Positions 22,602 through 33,358 are shown, counted from the stretch's first letter. The stretch: DNA of 62,130 nt from Methanothrix sp. (GCA_040770465.1 JAXGJB010000012.1:1-62130); one strand, 5' to 3'. Notes: generated from the letters alone by a model not told the origin. Translations and numbers: made by a program.

Positions 22602-23816
22602 TCAGCCCAACTCCCGCCAGGCCCGCTCCTCCGCCCTCCTCGATACCTCCCTCACGGGAAGGCCAGCATCCGCCGCGATCCTCCTGCAGTCGTCGTGCTC
22701 GGCCTTGATCGAGATAAGCTCGTCTCCGATGAAGCTGACCTTCAGCCGAACCGAAAAAATCCGGCCGCCGATCTCGACCTCGGTGGTCCTCTCCTCCCTT
22801 CGAGCGACGAACCGGTGGAGGGTGGGAAAGATCCTGATCCCCAGGCTTCCCGTCTCCCTCATGACGATCCGTGCGAGCCGTTCCGCATCTGCCTTTCTCG
22901 CCAGGACCTTCACCAGGCTTGCCGGCCTCCCCTTCTTCATCAGCGCGGGGACGATGGCGACGTCCAGGGCTCCCTCCTCCATCAGAAGGTCCAGGAGGCT
23001 TCCCAGTACCTCCCCGGTGACGTCGTCGAGGTTCGTCTCCAGCTGGACCACCTGGTCCTGATGAGGATGGTGCCGGCTGCGGTCGGCACAAATACCCTCT
23101 GAATCCTCCAGATCGCCGACGACCCCTCGGAGCAGATTTGGTATGTTGAGATCTCTGGTCCCCGAACCGTACCCGACCGCCTCGGCCCGGAGGAGGGGGT
23201 ACTCGCCGGCGACAACGTCCGTGAACCCCGCCAGGATCGCCGCCCCCGTGGGGGTCAGAAGCTCCTCCTCGACGGGGCCGCCCCTCCACAGGAGCCGCGA
23301 AGCCGAAAGAATCTCCAGGGTCGCCGGAGCGGGGACCGGGAGGCTGCCGTGAGCGGCGATGACCGTTCCCGAACCGACGGATATGGGCAGGGTGAATACC
23401 CGCTCGACCCCCAGGCTCGAGAGCCCCGCACAGCTTCCGGCGATGTCGGCCAGGGCGTCGAGGACGCCGATCTCGTGGAACCGCGCCTCCTCCCCATCGA
23501 CGCCGTGGACCCGCCCCTCGGCCGCGGCCAGGATCTCCATGATCCTGACGGCGCGATCGAGGGCCGAGGGCGGAAGGCTCGACCCCTCCAATATCGACCT
23601 CGCCTCCGCCAGGGTCCTGTACCTCTTCCCGTGAGCCAGGACCTTCACCCTGGTGGCGCGGATGTGATGCTTTTCGTCCCGAAAGATCTCAAGGCCGCAG
23701 CCCACCGACTCGACGGCTTTCCTCACCAGATCGGGGTCCGCGCCCAGGTCCAGAAGGCAGGCCATGATCATGTCGCCGGAGGCGCCCGAGGAGGGGTCGA
23801 AGAGGAGGACTCTCAT
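22602..23816 (-). CDS. larC: Nickel pincer cofactor biosynthesis protein LarC
   Basis: [61 protein letters not shown]. Confidence 0.92.
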   Translation of the reverse strand: MRVLLFDPSSGASGDMIMACLLDLGADPDLVRKAVESVGCGLEIFRDEKHHIRATRVKVLAHGKRYRTLAEARSILEGSSLPPSALDRAVRIMEILAAAEGRVHGVDGEEARFHEIGVLDALADIAGSCAGLSSLGVERVFTLPISVGSGTVIAAHGSLPVPAPATLEILSASRLLWRGGPVEEELLTPTGAAILAGFTDVVAGEYPLLRAEAVGYGSGTRDLNIPNLLRGVVGDLEDSEGICADRSRHHPHQDQVVQLETNLDDVTGEVLGSLLDLLMEEGALDVAIVPALMKKGRPASLVKVLARKADAERLARIVMRETGSLGIRIFPTLHRFVARREERTTEVEIGGRIFSVRLKVSFIGDELISIKAEHDDCRRIAADAGLPVREVSRRAEERAWRELG

Positions 23817-23889
23817 GGTTGGTAAGTGACGTTCTGCATCGTTAAATAAAAATTGGTCTCCGTCCCCCTGCTCCCTGGAGTACGCCGGA

Positions 23890-23985
23890 CCTGGGGATCG
23901 CCTACCGGAACCTCTCGAAGCTGGAGGACCGGGGACAAACTGGAGCGGTCGATTTGGACTTACGAGGAGGCGCTCAGGGCGCGGT
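23890..23985 (+). pseudogene. TPR-repeat gene remnant
   Basis: LGIAYRNLSKLEDR / LERSIWTYEEALRAR across a frameshift resembles one TPR unit. Confidence 0.4.
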
Positions 23986-24171
23986 CCGGCGCGGGGAGGA
24001 AGACGGCTGAAGAGAATGAGAAGGGAGGGGAGGAGAAATGTAGGGTGGAAGAGGATATTGTAGAAGTAGGGAGATGGGAACGCGGAGTGAAATTGGAATA
24101 GATGAAACTAAAAAAACTTTTTAGTTTAGTAATTCGGCTGCCTATCTGAATGGGTCCTTAATGCCTTCTTT

Positions 24172-24504
24172 TTATACTCTCTCACGAATCTCTTTCAAGA
24201 TCTCTTCCAGACACATTTCCCCCGATTCCTCAAGCTCAGGAGCATGTTTGTGGTGGGGATATGTGCTGAGATGAGAATGACGGGGCGAATTATCCCATCT
24301 TATTCTGAGAGATCCGTTTTCATCCTGCCAGTGATAAGAATATAGGACGTTATCCGAAGAAAAGAACTCCCTTATATGAAGCTCGCTGCCGTCGATCAAG
24401 GTTGCTCTGATCTTGATATAGTAGAATCTTTCGCCGCCTTTGAAGTCCAAGATCTCAAAGCTTTTGATGAGATCATCTTGGAGCAACTCTAACGTCTTTA
24501 GCAT
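24172..24504 (-). CDS. DUF6516/TumE-like putative toxin
   Basis: YSYHWQD...IRWDNSPRH..LSTYPHHKH motif; lower GC. Confidence 0.78.
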   Translation of the reverse strand: MLKTLELLQDDLIKSFEILDFKGGERFYYIKIRATLIDGSELHIREFFSSDNVLYSYHWQDENGSLRIRWDNSPRHSHLSTYPHHKHAPELEESGEMCLEEILKEIRERV

Positions 24505-24781
24505 CTTCGATCATCTTAAGACGGGCTTCGAGCTTCTTTATGCTCTCTCTATATGCCTTCCACTCGATGAAGTCGTCCCACCGCTCAAAGTCCTCTGGCG
24601 GCTCTTTTATCCTCTCTTCGAAGGCTTGAAGATCGCATCCGTACTTCTTCTCCAGGGATCTGATCCTTTCCTTCAATGGAGCTATCAGCGATATGACCTT
24701 CAGCTTCTCGAACGCTTTTATGTCGTTTACAGAAACGACCAGGCTTGCATTCTGGCCCATTACAAAGATGTCGGCGTCCAA
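24473..24781 (-). CDS. Putative antitoxin partner (start uncertain)
   Basis: LEKKYG..FEE...EDFERWDDFIEW; overlaps the toxin start. Confidence 0.65.
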   Translation of the reverse strand: MDADIFVMGQNASLVVSVNDIKAFEKLKVISLIAPLKERIRSLEKKYGCDLQAFEERIKEPPEDFERWDDFIEWKAYRESIKKLEARLKMIEDAKDVRVAPR

Positions 24782-24934
24782 AGTATAAAATTCTCACCCA
24801 ATCCGAACGAAAAAACGTTCGCAATTTCACCGTGTGTTTTGAATACCATGAGAGAACGAGAATCTTTAAAATGCAACCCGTCTATCACAAGAGGTCTATC
24901 GAGGTCAGCACCTCTTGATCGATTCTCCTTTCCT

Positions 24935-25489
24935 TCATCCGAGATCCACAAACCTCTCCACCACCCACCGGTTCCTCACCTCGGGATGGAATATGATCCC
25001 GTAGATGGGCCTTTCCGCGTGCTTCAAGGCCTCGATCGATCCCGGCCGCCCCGCCACGATCTCGAAGCCCGGCGGCAGGGTGACCCCGAAGTTGTGGAGG
25101 TGGTAGCCCTCGATCTCGCGAGGCGGTCCGAGGAGGTGCGTCTCTTTTATGATCTCGATCCATTCCAGGCCGATCTTCGGCTGAGGGACGATACCGCCGC
25201 CGAAGACGGCGGCCACAACCTGCATCCCTGCGCAGATCCCAAGGATCGGCTTCGCCAGGTCATCGATCCAGGAGAATAGGCCGATCCGTTCGGCAAAGAA
25301 GTTGTCCTTGAGGGCGGTGCCGCAGAGGATGATCCCGTCGGCCCTCTCGATCAGATCATCGGTCAGCTCGGAGAAGTGGACGACCTCGTGCTCGACCCCG
25401 GCCCGGCTCACGATGCCGGCGATGGGATCGACGAACTCGTATCTTGAAAGGGACTCTGGCTTGAAGCACAGGTCGACGACGAGGATCAT
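24935..25489 (-). CDS. Class I glutamine amidotransferase (GuaA-A-like)
   Basis: PILGICAGMQ and FHPEV give an intact Cys-His-Glu triad. Confidence 0.85.
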   Translation of the reverse strand: MILVVDLCFKPESLSRYEFVDPIAGIVSRAGVEHEVVHFSELTDDLIERADGIILCGTALKDNFFAERIGLFSWIDDLAKPILGICAGMQVVAAVFGGGIVPQPKIGLEWIEIIKETHLLGPPREIEGYHLHNFGVTLPPGFEIVAGRPGSIEALKHAERPIYGIIFHPEVRNRWVVERFVDLG

Positions 25490-26166
25490 TTATCCACCAG
25501 CCTCGCCTCCTCGATCGCAAGGCGGCCCCTGTAGTTCTCGTAGCTTCTCGCGGCTTTCAGGATCTCGATCCTCTTTTTGAAGATGGGGCCGTCGAGGACG
25601 AAGGTCTCCAGCTCGCCACCCTCGCCGGAGGGGTTTATCCCGTACTTTTTCTGGAGAGCTTCGAGCTTTCTGATTCTATTACCGTCGATCCTCGCCCCGA
25701 CCCACGACTCGTCGAGGGGGTAGGCGAAGACCCCGGTGATGATCACAAGAAACCCCTCCGAGACGAGGAGTTTGAGATACTCCAGCTGGTCGATCTGCCA
25801 GAGGGGGTTGAAGCACCAGAGGTCCAGCTCCCGGCAGATCCGCTGGACCCGGGCCGCCTGGTAGACCGACTCGATCGCCCCGGTGACGACCCCCTCGATC
25901 CCGTATTCGTCCACCGCGGCGACTACGGCGTCCCGGAGGTCGGATAGCTCCGCCTCCTCCTCGCCCGCCGTCGGCCAGTTGAGCTGAGGGACGCCGATCG
26001 CCTCGGCGATGAGGTCGGCCCTCCGGACGTTGGGGGTGTGGAACATGTAGCTATCGGGGTTCTCGGATACGAGGGTGATCAGGCAGCCAACCGTTTCCGT
26101 CTCCATCGCCCTTTTACACGCGTAGACCGAGTCCTTCCCGCCGGAGAAGAGGACGCCAAGCAGCAC
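25486..26166 (-). CDS. dph6: Diphthine--ammonia ligase (Dph6) family PP-loop ATPase
   Basis: FSGGKDS, SYMFHTPN, GAIESVYQ, PLWQ, GEGGELETFVLDGPIF. Confidence 0.85.
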   Translation of the reverse strand: MLLGVLFSGGKDSVYACKRAMETETVGCLITLVSENPDSYMFHTPNVRRADLIAEAIGVPQLNWPTAGEEEAELSDLRDAVVAAVDEYGIEGVVTGAIESVYQAARVQRICRELDLWCFNPLWQIDQLEYLKLLVSEGFLVIITGVFAYPLDESWVGARIDGNRIRKLEALQKKYGINPSGEGGELETFVLDGPIFKKRIEILKAARSYENYRGRLAIEEARLVDK

Positions 26167-26537
26167 AGATGAAAGGTCTATCCAGCAGTCTAAAAAGCTG
26201 TTGGTGATCGCCCTTTACGATCCTTTATGACCACCCTCAGGATTAATCATTTATATCAAATAGGCCTCTATTCGAGAGGCGATGCGGGGCCGCTCGCTGC
26301 GTTATCCATAATCATCAATCGCGTGCCAGATACAGAGGACGAGTCGGCGATGGGAACGGCCGAAGGGAGACCGGCCGACCGGCAATAAAGAGCGCCGGAA
26401 GATCGCTGGCGGATGGAGCCTCAACGTCGATCTTCAACCAGAGGACGGGGCTTGAGCGACGCCTGATGCCCGATTCCGCGAAATGGCTCGTCTAGCACGC
26501 CGGTCTTGCGGCTGCACCCGCGCCAGGAAGGGTCAAA

Positions 26538-28217
26538 ATGTCGTCTTTGCTGCCAAGGTTCGTTTCGGGATCGGAATTTGAGTCTTACGAAGATTTTAAA
26601 GAGAAAATGAAGATCATCGTGCCGGAGAACTTCAACTTCGCCTTCGACGTGGTGGACGTCTACGCGAAAGAGGTCCCCTACAAGGTGGCCCTGGTCTGGT
26701 GTAACGACCTGGGTGACGAGAAGATCCTCACCTTCGGCGAGCTGAAACGCCTCAGCGATAAGGCCGCTAACCTCTTCAGGAACTGCGGGGTCAAGAAGGG
26801 CGACTGCGTGATGCTTACCCTCAAGGGGAGGTACGACTTCTGGATCTGCATGGTCGGTCTCCACAAGATCGGCGCCGTCGCCATCCCCGCAACCCACATG
26901 CTGAGGGCAAAAGATATTTTATATAGAATAAATAAAGCCAACCTGAAGATGATCGTCTCCATCGAGGAGGACGGGGTCCCCGACGAGGTCGACGGCGCCT
27001 GCAGGGAGGTCGAGGGAGCAAAGCCCGTCAGGGCCCTCGTCGGTCAGGAGACGAAAAGGCCCGGCTGGATAAACTTCAGAGACGAACTGGAGAAGTCCCC
27101 ATCGGAGTTTTCTAGGCCGGAAGGAGAGGAGGCTACAAATAACGGGGATGTCCTCCTCGCCTACTTCACCTCCGGCACCACCGGCTACCCCAAGATGGTC
27201 AAGCACGACCAGACCTACCCCCTCGGCCACATACTGACCGCCAAGTTCTGGCAGAACGTCGTCGAGGACGGCCTCCACTACACCGTCGCCGACACCGGCT
27301 GGGCGAAGTGCGTCTGGGGGCAGATCTTTGGCCAGTGGATCGCGGGCTCGGGGGTCTTCGCCTACGACTACGACCGGTTCGACGCCGGCCGGATGATGGA
27401 GATGGCCACGAAGTTCGGGGTCACCACCTTCTGCGCCCCGCCCACCATCTATCGGTTCATGATCAAGGGGGATATGTCGAAGTACGACTTCTCCCCTCTC
27501 AAGTACGCCGTCACCGCCGGCGAGCCCCTCAACCCCACCGTCTACAACAAGTTCCTCGAGGCGACGGGCCTGCGGCTGATGGAGGGGTACGGCCAGACCG
27601 AGACGGTCGTCGCCGTCGCCAACTTCCCCATGATGGACCCCAAGCCCGGCTCCATGGGAAAGCCCTCGCCGGGGTACGACATCGTCCTGGTGGACAGAGA
27701 CGACCGGATCTGCGAGGTCGGCGAGGAGGGTGAGATCGTGATCAGAACCGATGAGGGGAAGCCTCCCGGCCTCTTCATGGACTATCACCTCGACCCCGAC
27801 AGGATGAGAAACACCTGGCACGACGACTACTACCACACCGGGGACACCGCCTGGATGGACGAGGACGGTTACTTCTGGTTCATCGGGAGGACCGACGACA
27901 TGATAAAGAGCTCCGGCTACCGGGTCGGCCCCTTCGAGGTGGAGAACGCCCTGATGAGCCACCCCGCAGTGATGGAGTGCGCTGTCACCGGGGCCGCCGA
28001 CCCCCTGAGGGGTCAGGTGGTGAAGGCGACAGTGGTCCTGACCGGCGAGTACCAGCCCTCCGACGACCTGAAGATGGAGCTTCAAAACCACGTCAAGAAG
28101 GTGACTGCACCCTACAAGTATCCGAGGATCATCGAGTTCGTGGAGGCCCTCCCGAAGACGATCAGCGGCAAGATAAGAAGGATCGAGATCAGGGAGAAGG
28201 ACGAAAACCGGACATGA
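26538..28217 (+). CDS. AMP-forming acyl-CoA synthetase (medium-chain/ACSM-like)
   Basis: [51 protein letters not shown]. Confidence 0.92.
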   Translation: MSSLLPRFVSGSEFESYEDFKEKMKIIVPENFNFAFDVVDVYAKEVPYKVALVWCNDLGDEKILTFGELKRLSDKAANLFRNCGVKKGDCVMLTLKGRYDFWICMVGLHKIGAVAIPATHMLRAKDILYRINKANLKMIVSIEEDGVPDEVDGACREVEGAKPVRALVGQETKRPGWINFRDELEKSPSEFSRPEGEEATNNGDVLLAYFTSGTTGYPKMVKHDQTYPLGHILTAKFWQNVVEDGLHYTVADTGWAKCVWGQIFGQWIAGSGVFAYDYDRFDAGRMMEMATKFGVTTFCAPPTIYRFMIKGDMSKYDFSPLKYAVTAGEPLNPTVYNKFLEATGLRLMEGYGQTETVVAVANFPMMDPKPGSMGKPSPGYDIVLVDRDDRICEVGEEGEIVIRTDEGKPPGLFMDYHLDPDRMRNTWHDDYYHTGDTAWMDEDGYFWFIGRTDDMIKSSGYRVGPFEVENALMSHPAVMECAVTGAADPLRGQVVKATVVLTGEYQPSDDLKMELQNHVKKVTAPYKYPRIIEFVEALPKTISGKIRRIEIREKDENRT

Positions 28218-28270
28218 TAATGGTGCTATCGAGATGAGATGCTAAATTGGGGTTTGGGGATGGGCTACTG

Positions 28271-29245
28271 ATGGGCTACTCTGTTAAGCTGGTATCGATC
28301 GAGGAGAAGGCTGCTCTGACCGAGCGTTACGCGGGACAGGTCAAGTACGAGGTGAAGTCTGAGATCTACGGCTGCTGCATCAAGCTCCTGACAGGATCGG
28401 CGGAGGTCAAAGATCGGTGGCTGGACAACTTCTACTCCATGTCCCAGAACATAAGGTCTCACGCGAGGCTCTACGTCGTCGATGACCCCGACCAGGGAGC
28501 CGATCAGGTCATCTACGATCCTCAGTCGAAGACCGCATTCCTCGTAAACGTCGGCTACTACGGCTGGATCAAATCCCTCGCCCTCAGCGCCGCGGGAGAC
28601 GTCCTCGAGGACGAGCACGGGATATACTCGGTCCACGGCGCCTGCCTCGACCTCGCCGGGCGGGCCCTCTGCATCCTCGGAGGGTCCGGAGCCGGGAAGA
28701 CGACCCACACCTACGGCCTCCTTCGAAGGCCCGAGACCCGGGTCGTCTCCGACGACTGGTTCTTCGCCCGGGTCTACGGAGACGACGTTCTTGCCTTTGG
28801 CTCGGAGAAGAACTTCTACATCAGGGCGGAGCTCTCGGATATCTGGAAAGAGTTTTCGGGGCTTGCCGACCGCGCCCTCTTTGACGAGGAGGGGAGAGGC
28901 GTCGTCGACCTCCGGCTCGCCATCGGCAAGGGGCGGATCCTGCCTCTCACCACCCTCGCCATGGTGATAATCCTGAAGCGCGACCCCGAGGACGAGGTGG
29001 TCGGAAGGAGGCTTGAGCCAGAGGAGGCTCTGAAGGTCCTGGAGGATAACGGCTACTATAACCCCCACCTCCTGGTGAAGAGCGAGTTCAAGCAGGGCCT
29101 CCGGAGCGGCTTCTTCCGCGCCCTCTTCTCACGGGTTCCCGCATTCGTGGTGAACACCGTCAGGACGCCCGAGGAGAGCCAGAGGACGATCGGCGAGATC
29201 ATCACCGAAGGCCTCCAGTCGGGTTTTGGTTCGGGTTCTGGTTAG
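28271..29245 (+). CDS. HPr-kinase/PEPCK-like P-loop protein
   Basis: VHGAC, GGSGAGKTT, VSDDW. Confidence 0.72.
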   Translation: MGYSVKLVSIEEKAALTERYAGQVKYEVKSEIYGCCIKLLTGSAEVKDRWLDNFYSMSQNIRSHARLYVVDDPDQGADQVIYDPQSKTAFLVNVGYYGWIKSLALSAAGDVLEDEHGIYSVHGACLDLAGRALCILGGSGAGKTTHTYGLLRRPETRVVSDDWFFARVYGDDVLAFGSEKNFYIRAELSDIWKEFSGLADRALFDEEGRGVVDLRLAIGKGRILPLTTLAMVIILKRDPEDEVVGRRLEPEEALKVLEDNGYYNPHLLVKSEFKQGLRSGFFRALFSRVPAFVVNTVRTPEESQRTIGEIITEGLQSGFGSGSG

Positions 29246-29287
29246 GGGCGGCAGCGGCGATAGATGTCGATGTCTGGGATTTGCGAT

Positions 29288-29629
29288 CTAGGGCCGGACG
29301 TAGGCCCAGCCATCGGCCTGCTTTTTCACCACCTCTCCCGTTCCCGTGGGGACGACCTCGACCTGGTCGAGAAACTCACCCTCATCCAGCTTCATGGCCT
29401 TGATGCTTCTAGAACAGAGGACGAATCGCACGCCTCTTGCGGCCAGCTCACCGACCCTGTCGCCATAGGGGCCGGTCTTGAGGAGGGCTTTGACGCCATC
29501 GGAGTTTGCCACAACCTCCGCCTCCACATGGTCTTCGCCAAGCTCGGCCAGGAGGTTTCCGACGTTGTTCAGGGCGAGGTTCGCCCTTTCGGTCTCGGTC
29601 AGATGAAAGACGGCTCGATATCTCTTCAC
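29288..29629 (-). CDS. DsrE/DsrF-like protein
   Basis: AVFHL..ALNNVGNL...EVVAN..GV...FVLCSRS...KQADGWAYVRP. Confidence 0.82.
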   Translation of the reverse strand: MKRYRAVFHLTETERANLALNNVGNLLAELGEDHVEAEVVANSDGVKALLKTGPYGDRVGELAARGVRFVLCSRSIKAMKLDEGEFLDQVEVVPTGTGEVVKKQADGWAYVRP

Positions 29630-29911
29630 GGAGAATCCCTCTCAGACTCAGACGGCTTCAAGATGAAAATCATCCTTATTTACTCCACCCCTCCAACAAG
29701 AAAAAATAATAAGATGGGTATGGAGAAAAAAGAAAAGAGGGTTATAGGAGGGAGGGATTGGCAGCCGACAACTGCCGTATACAACAACGGCATTTGTCTT
29801 ATATAAGGGTTTTGGTCCTCTCTGCCAAAGGATGTCTGGCACTTGGATGTCTGGCACCTGGCGTGCGATCCCGACCGATAGGTTGATCTTGATATCGATT
29901 CACACTCCTCA

Positions 29912-30769
29912 ATGATGTCAGGCGATCTGGCGGTGATATTCGACGTTGCGGGCACCATGCTGGAGATGTACCGGGTTGCCAAAGACGTATCCAATAACGA
30001 CCTCATGAGAGGGGTCGTGACCACGGAGCTGGTGATGGAGAAGAGGGGGAGAGCCCTGGTGATACCGCAGCTCGAGCCCGATGAGATCATGAGGGCATCA
30101 CCCAAGATGCCTCTCAGGGTCTTCTTCCGAGGGAGGGAGAGGAAGATCAAGGTGAGCTGCTCCAGCACTCCCGTCTCCGAAGAGGAGGCGATATCAGTCC
30201 TTCTACACTCCGAGGTCGAAGTGGCAAACCTCCAGGAGACGCTGAAGGCGGTCTTTACCCGCTGTCCGGGATTTTACTATACCACGGGCCTCATTGTGGA
30301 CGTGGATGAGGGGAGGGTCACCCATTCCATCAGCACCGGTGGAAGAACCTTTCCGGCTCTGGAGGCCGTTTTGAAGGAGCTGGAGGAGATGGGAGCGGAG
30401 ATCTACATCGCCTCCGGAGACAGCATGAGAAGCCTCTCAAGCCTCACAGAATGCAGCGGGATAATAAAAGAGCGGATATATCCAGCGTCAAAGCCCCGAA
30501 GAAAAGAGGAGATCGTGGAGAGCCTGAAGGGCGAATACAGGCTGGTGGTAATGGTGGGAGACGGTCTGAACGATCGGTACGCACTGGAGGCCGCCGATCT
30601 CGGGGTGCTTACAGTCGAGCAGGACACCCGTCCGACTGCGGAGCTGATGGAGGCGGCAGACGAGATCATCGACGATATCGGGAAGCTTCCGGGGCTACTC
30701 AGAGATCGCATCTCTTCGATGGAAGATCATGAGGAAACAGATCTGAGATTCATGGAATCGCGGATCTGA
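29912..30769 (+). CDS. HAD-family hydrolase (soluble P-type ATPase-like)
   Basis: FDVAGT, IASGD, MVGDGLND. Confidence 0.82.
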   Translation: MMSGDLAVIFDVAGTMLEMYRVAKDVSNNDLMRGVVTTELVMEKRGRALVIPQLEPDEIMRASPKMPLRVFFRGRERKIKVSCSSTPVSEEEAISVLLHSEVEVANLQETLKAVFTRCPGFYYTTGLIVDVDEGRVTHSISTGGRTFPALEAVLKELEEMGAEIYIASGDSMRSLSSLTECSGIIKERIYPASKPRRKEEIVESLKGEYRLVVMVGDGLNDRYALEAADLGVLTVEQDTRPTAELMEAADEIIDDIGKLPGLLRDRISSMEDHEETDLRFMESRI

Positions 30770-31075
30770 GGATCAGGCTGCCCGACTTGCATTCCCCTCA
30801 ACAAAGACGGTGATGCCCGACGATCTGACTCTCACTTTAGGAGGCTACCTCCGAAGAAATGTTTTGTCTCGTATTGATGATCGGCAAAAGTCTGAAATGC
30901 AAACAAAATTGTGCCTCACCATCAGCAGATCTCTGTTCTCGGCGATTATTTTTAAGATAACTATTTATACTTGGATTGAGATTAGCTTATTTAAACGTCT
31001 TTTCGGCGTGCCTCTGGAGAGGGGGATGACGTTAACGAATAAGGCTAGGAGATCGATATAAGGGGTAAGGAAGGA

Positions 31076-31636
31076 ATGTTTGAAGAACTTTTGGACGTTT
31101 ATAAAAAGAAAGTTGCAGAAAGTGAGCGAGAGCTGGAAGAGAACCAGGCGATGATGGGGCTGATCATGGCCGTGGAAAATATGTCAGATATGATCAGCAC
31201 GAAACAGCAGAACGTAGATCTTCTTGGAAGGCTGATCGACCAGGTGGATCATCTGTCAAAGGAAGTTGCTGACCTTAAAAGCCAGATGAAGACGAGACAG
31301 ACCAGATCCACCATCAGCCGTGCTCCCAAGGTCGCAGAGGGAAATGCCCTGGACGGCCATACAGAGGCCCTGATAGACCTCATGAAGGATAGGCCTGGAA
31401 GATACACTACCAGCGATCTGGTAGAGATGCTGGGGCTTAACAAGACGACGGTGATAACAGTGATGAAGCGCGCGGCAGATATGGATCCGGCCCATGTGAA
31501 GCTCACCCAAGGCAAGAGACGGAAGCTCTATCTCTCCTACGTCCCGGATGATCAGGAGAGAAGAGAGGGGAAGGAGACGGGCTCGGTCTCCGACGATGCC
31601 GACAGGATGCGTCTTGAACTGATGTCCATGACATGA
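31076..31636 (+). CDS. Coiled-coil plus C-terminal HTH protein
   Basis: Helical N-terminal half; TTSDLVEMLGLNKTTVITVMKR HTH-like segment; purine-rich RBS. Confidence 0.65.
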   Translation: MFEELLDVYKKKVAESERELEENQAMMGLIMAVENMSDMISTKQQNVDLLGRLIDQVDHLSKEVADLKSQMKTRQTRSTISRAPKVAEGNALDGHTEALIDLMKDRPGRYTTSDLVEMLGLNKTTVITVMKRAADMDPAHVKLTQGKRRKLYLSYVPDDQERREGKETGSVSDDADRMRLELMSMT

Positions 31637-31936
31637 GATCCAGTAGTTCGGGAGATCTACCATCGATGTGGACATTTGGTGATCCATCTATCAGCGTCAC
31701 CTTCAGAAAGGCAGAGGTTCCCATGGACCTGGGGCGGTCGGCTCCTGCCTGGAAGGATCATCGACATGTTATTTCATTCGATCCGTCCCGCCATCTCCAT
31801 CCTGACCGACGGAGGGGCCTGAAGATGGGTCGGTCCGTAGGCGCACGATCGAGAGTTTGATCAACTCAACGAAGATTTTAGAGGATCGGCTGGATATAAT
31901 GAAAATATATCGTCTCAACGGCTGCCGAGGAGGTGA

Positions 31937-32717
31937 ATGAACTATCGAAGCTGCTGCCTTTCTCATCGACCTGGACGGCGTCCTCTACGTTGACAACGCT
32001 CCGATAACTGGGGCTAGAGAGACGGTGGCCCTTCTGGATGAGCTGGGATACGGATACCGGTTCGTCTCCAACACCACCTCGAAGTGCAGGAGAACTCTGG
32101 CAAATTTCCTCGGCGGGATGGGGTTTGAGATCCCCGAAGATCACATCTTCACCCCGGCGATAGCCGCCGCTGAGAAGATCCGCTCCGAGAATGAGAACAG
32201 GTGCTTCCTCCTCACCAGACCCGACGTCCGAAAGGACTTCCAGGATGCCGGCGTCCCCCTCGTCGACGAGGGGACGGTGGCGGACTATGTGGTGGTGGGG
32301 GACGCCGAGACCGAGTTCACATTCGAACGGCTCAACATGGCCTTTCGGCTGGTGATGGCCGGAGCGAAAATCATAGCCCTGGAGAAGGACAGGTACTGGA
32401 TGGGATCCGACGGCCTTTGCCTCTCCGCAGGCCCCTTTGTCTGCGCCCTGGAGTACGCCACCGGAACCCCGGCCGATGTGGTTGGAAAGCCCTCCTCCGA
32501 CTTCTTCGAGAGGGGCCTTGCAGAGCTTGGCGTTTCGGCTTATGAGGCGGCGATGATCGGCGACGACATAAACTCCGACGTCGGCGGGGCTCAGAACGCC
32601 GGAATGATGGGGATCCTGGTCAAGACCGGAAAGTACAGGGAGGATACGGTGAAGCGCTCGAAGGTCGTGCCCGACCTGATCCTCGAATCGATCGCAGGGC
32701 TGAGGTCTCATCTTTGA
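31937..32717 (+). CDS. HAD-IIA hydrolase (LHPP/NagD-like) with a one-base frameshift just after the ATG
   Basis: RBS ggaggtga and ATG at 31937; the catalytic FLIDLDGVLY motif is in the next frame from 31941; SNTT, GKPS, MIGDD, LVKTGKY. Confidence 0.82.
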
Positions 32718-33358
32718 GATCCGCCGAGACCGCCGCTGAGAAGAGGCTCGCATGGCCCCTCCCCGGCGACCGGAGCAGACGGATCCCAATTCACGGATTT
32801 CCTGGCTCCTTTGCGGAGGACCGGGGAGACCGCCTCCACTGTGGGGTCGACCTTTACGCCCCCGCCGGGTCGGAGGTGGTATCCATCGATGACGGGCTCG
32901 TCGTCGAGGTGGGACACTTCACGTCGCCCCGGATGATCCCTTACTGGAACGAGACGTTCTACGCCATCGTCGAGAACGAGGGCGGCCTGTTCGTGAAGTT
33001 CGCGGAGATGGTGGCGGTCGAGGTGAACCCCGACGACCGCATCAGCTCCGGCGATCTGGTGGGACTGGTCGGATCCGTCTTGAACCCCGAGATGATCGAT
33101 GACGATGCGCCCGCTTACATCAGAGATCTTATAGAGAGGGAGAGGCCCAGCATGCTCCACCTGGAGCTCTACTCGTCCAGGCCAGAACCCTTCGAAAGAT
33201 ACCGAGGCGGAAACTGGTTTGGCGATGGAGAGCCGAAAGGGCTCCTCGACCCCACCGGACTGCTCACCTCCATCAGAAAAGAATTGAGAAGAGATCCTCA
33301 GACTAATCAAAGGCCTGAGGAGAATGCGGGCTCAATCCAGCAGAACCAGCCCGAATAG
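32714..33358 (+). CDS. M23-family (LytM-like) metallopeptidase homologue
   Basis: HCGVDLYAPAGSEVVSIDDGLVVEVG and MLHLEL. Confidence 0.75.
   Translation: MRSAETAAEKRLAWPLPGDRSRRIPIHGFPGSFAEDRGDRLHCGVDLYAPAGSEVVSIDDGLVVEVGHFTSPRMIPYWNETFYAIVENEGGLFVKFAEMVAVEVNPDDRISSGDLVGLVGSVLNPEMIDDDAPAYIRDLIERERPSMLHLELYSSRPEPFERYRGGNWFGDGEPKGLLDPTGLLTSIRKELRRDPQTNQRPEENAGSIQQNQPE

Noticed and set aside
26280-26530. SRP RNA or RNase P RNA
   Set aside because: Lacks the SRP helix 8 motif and the RNase P GAGGAAAGUCC motif.
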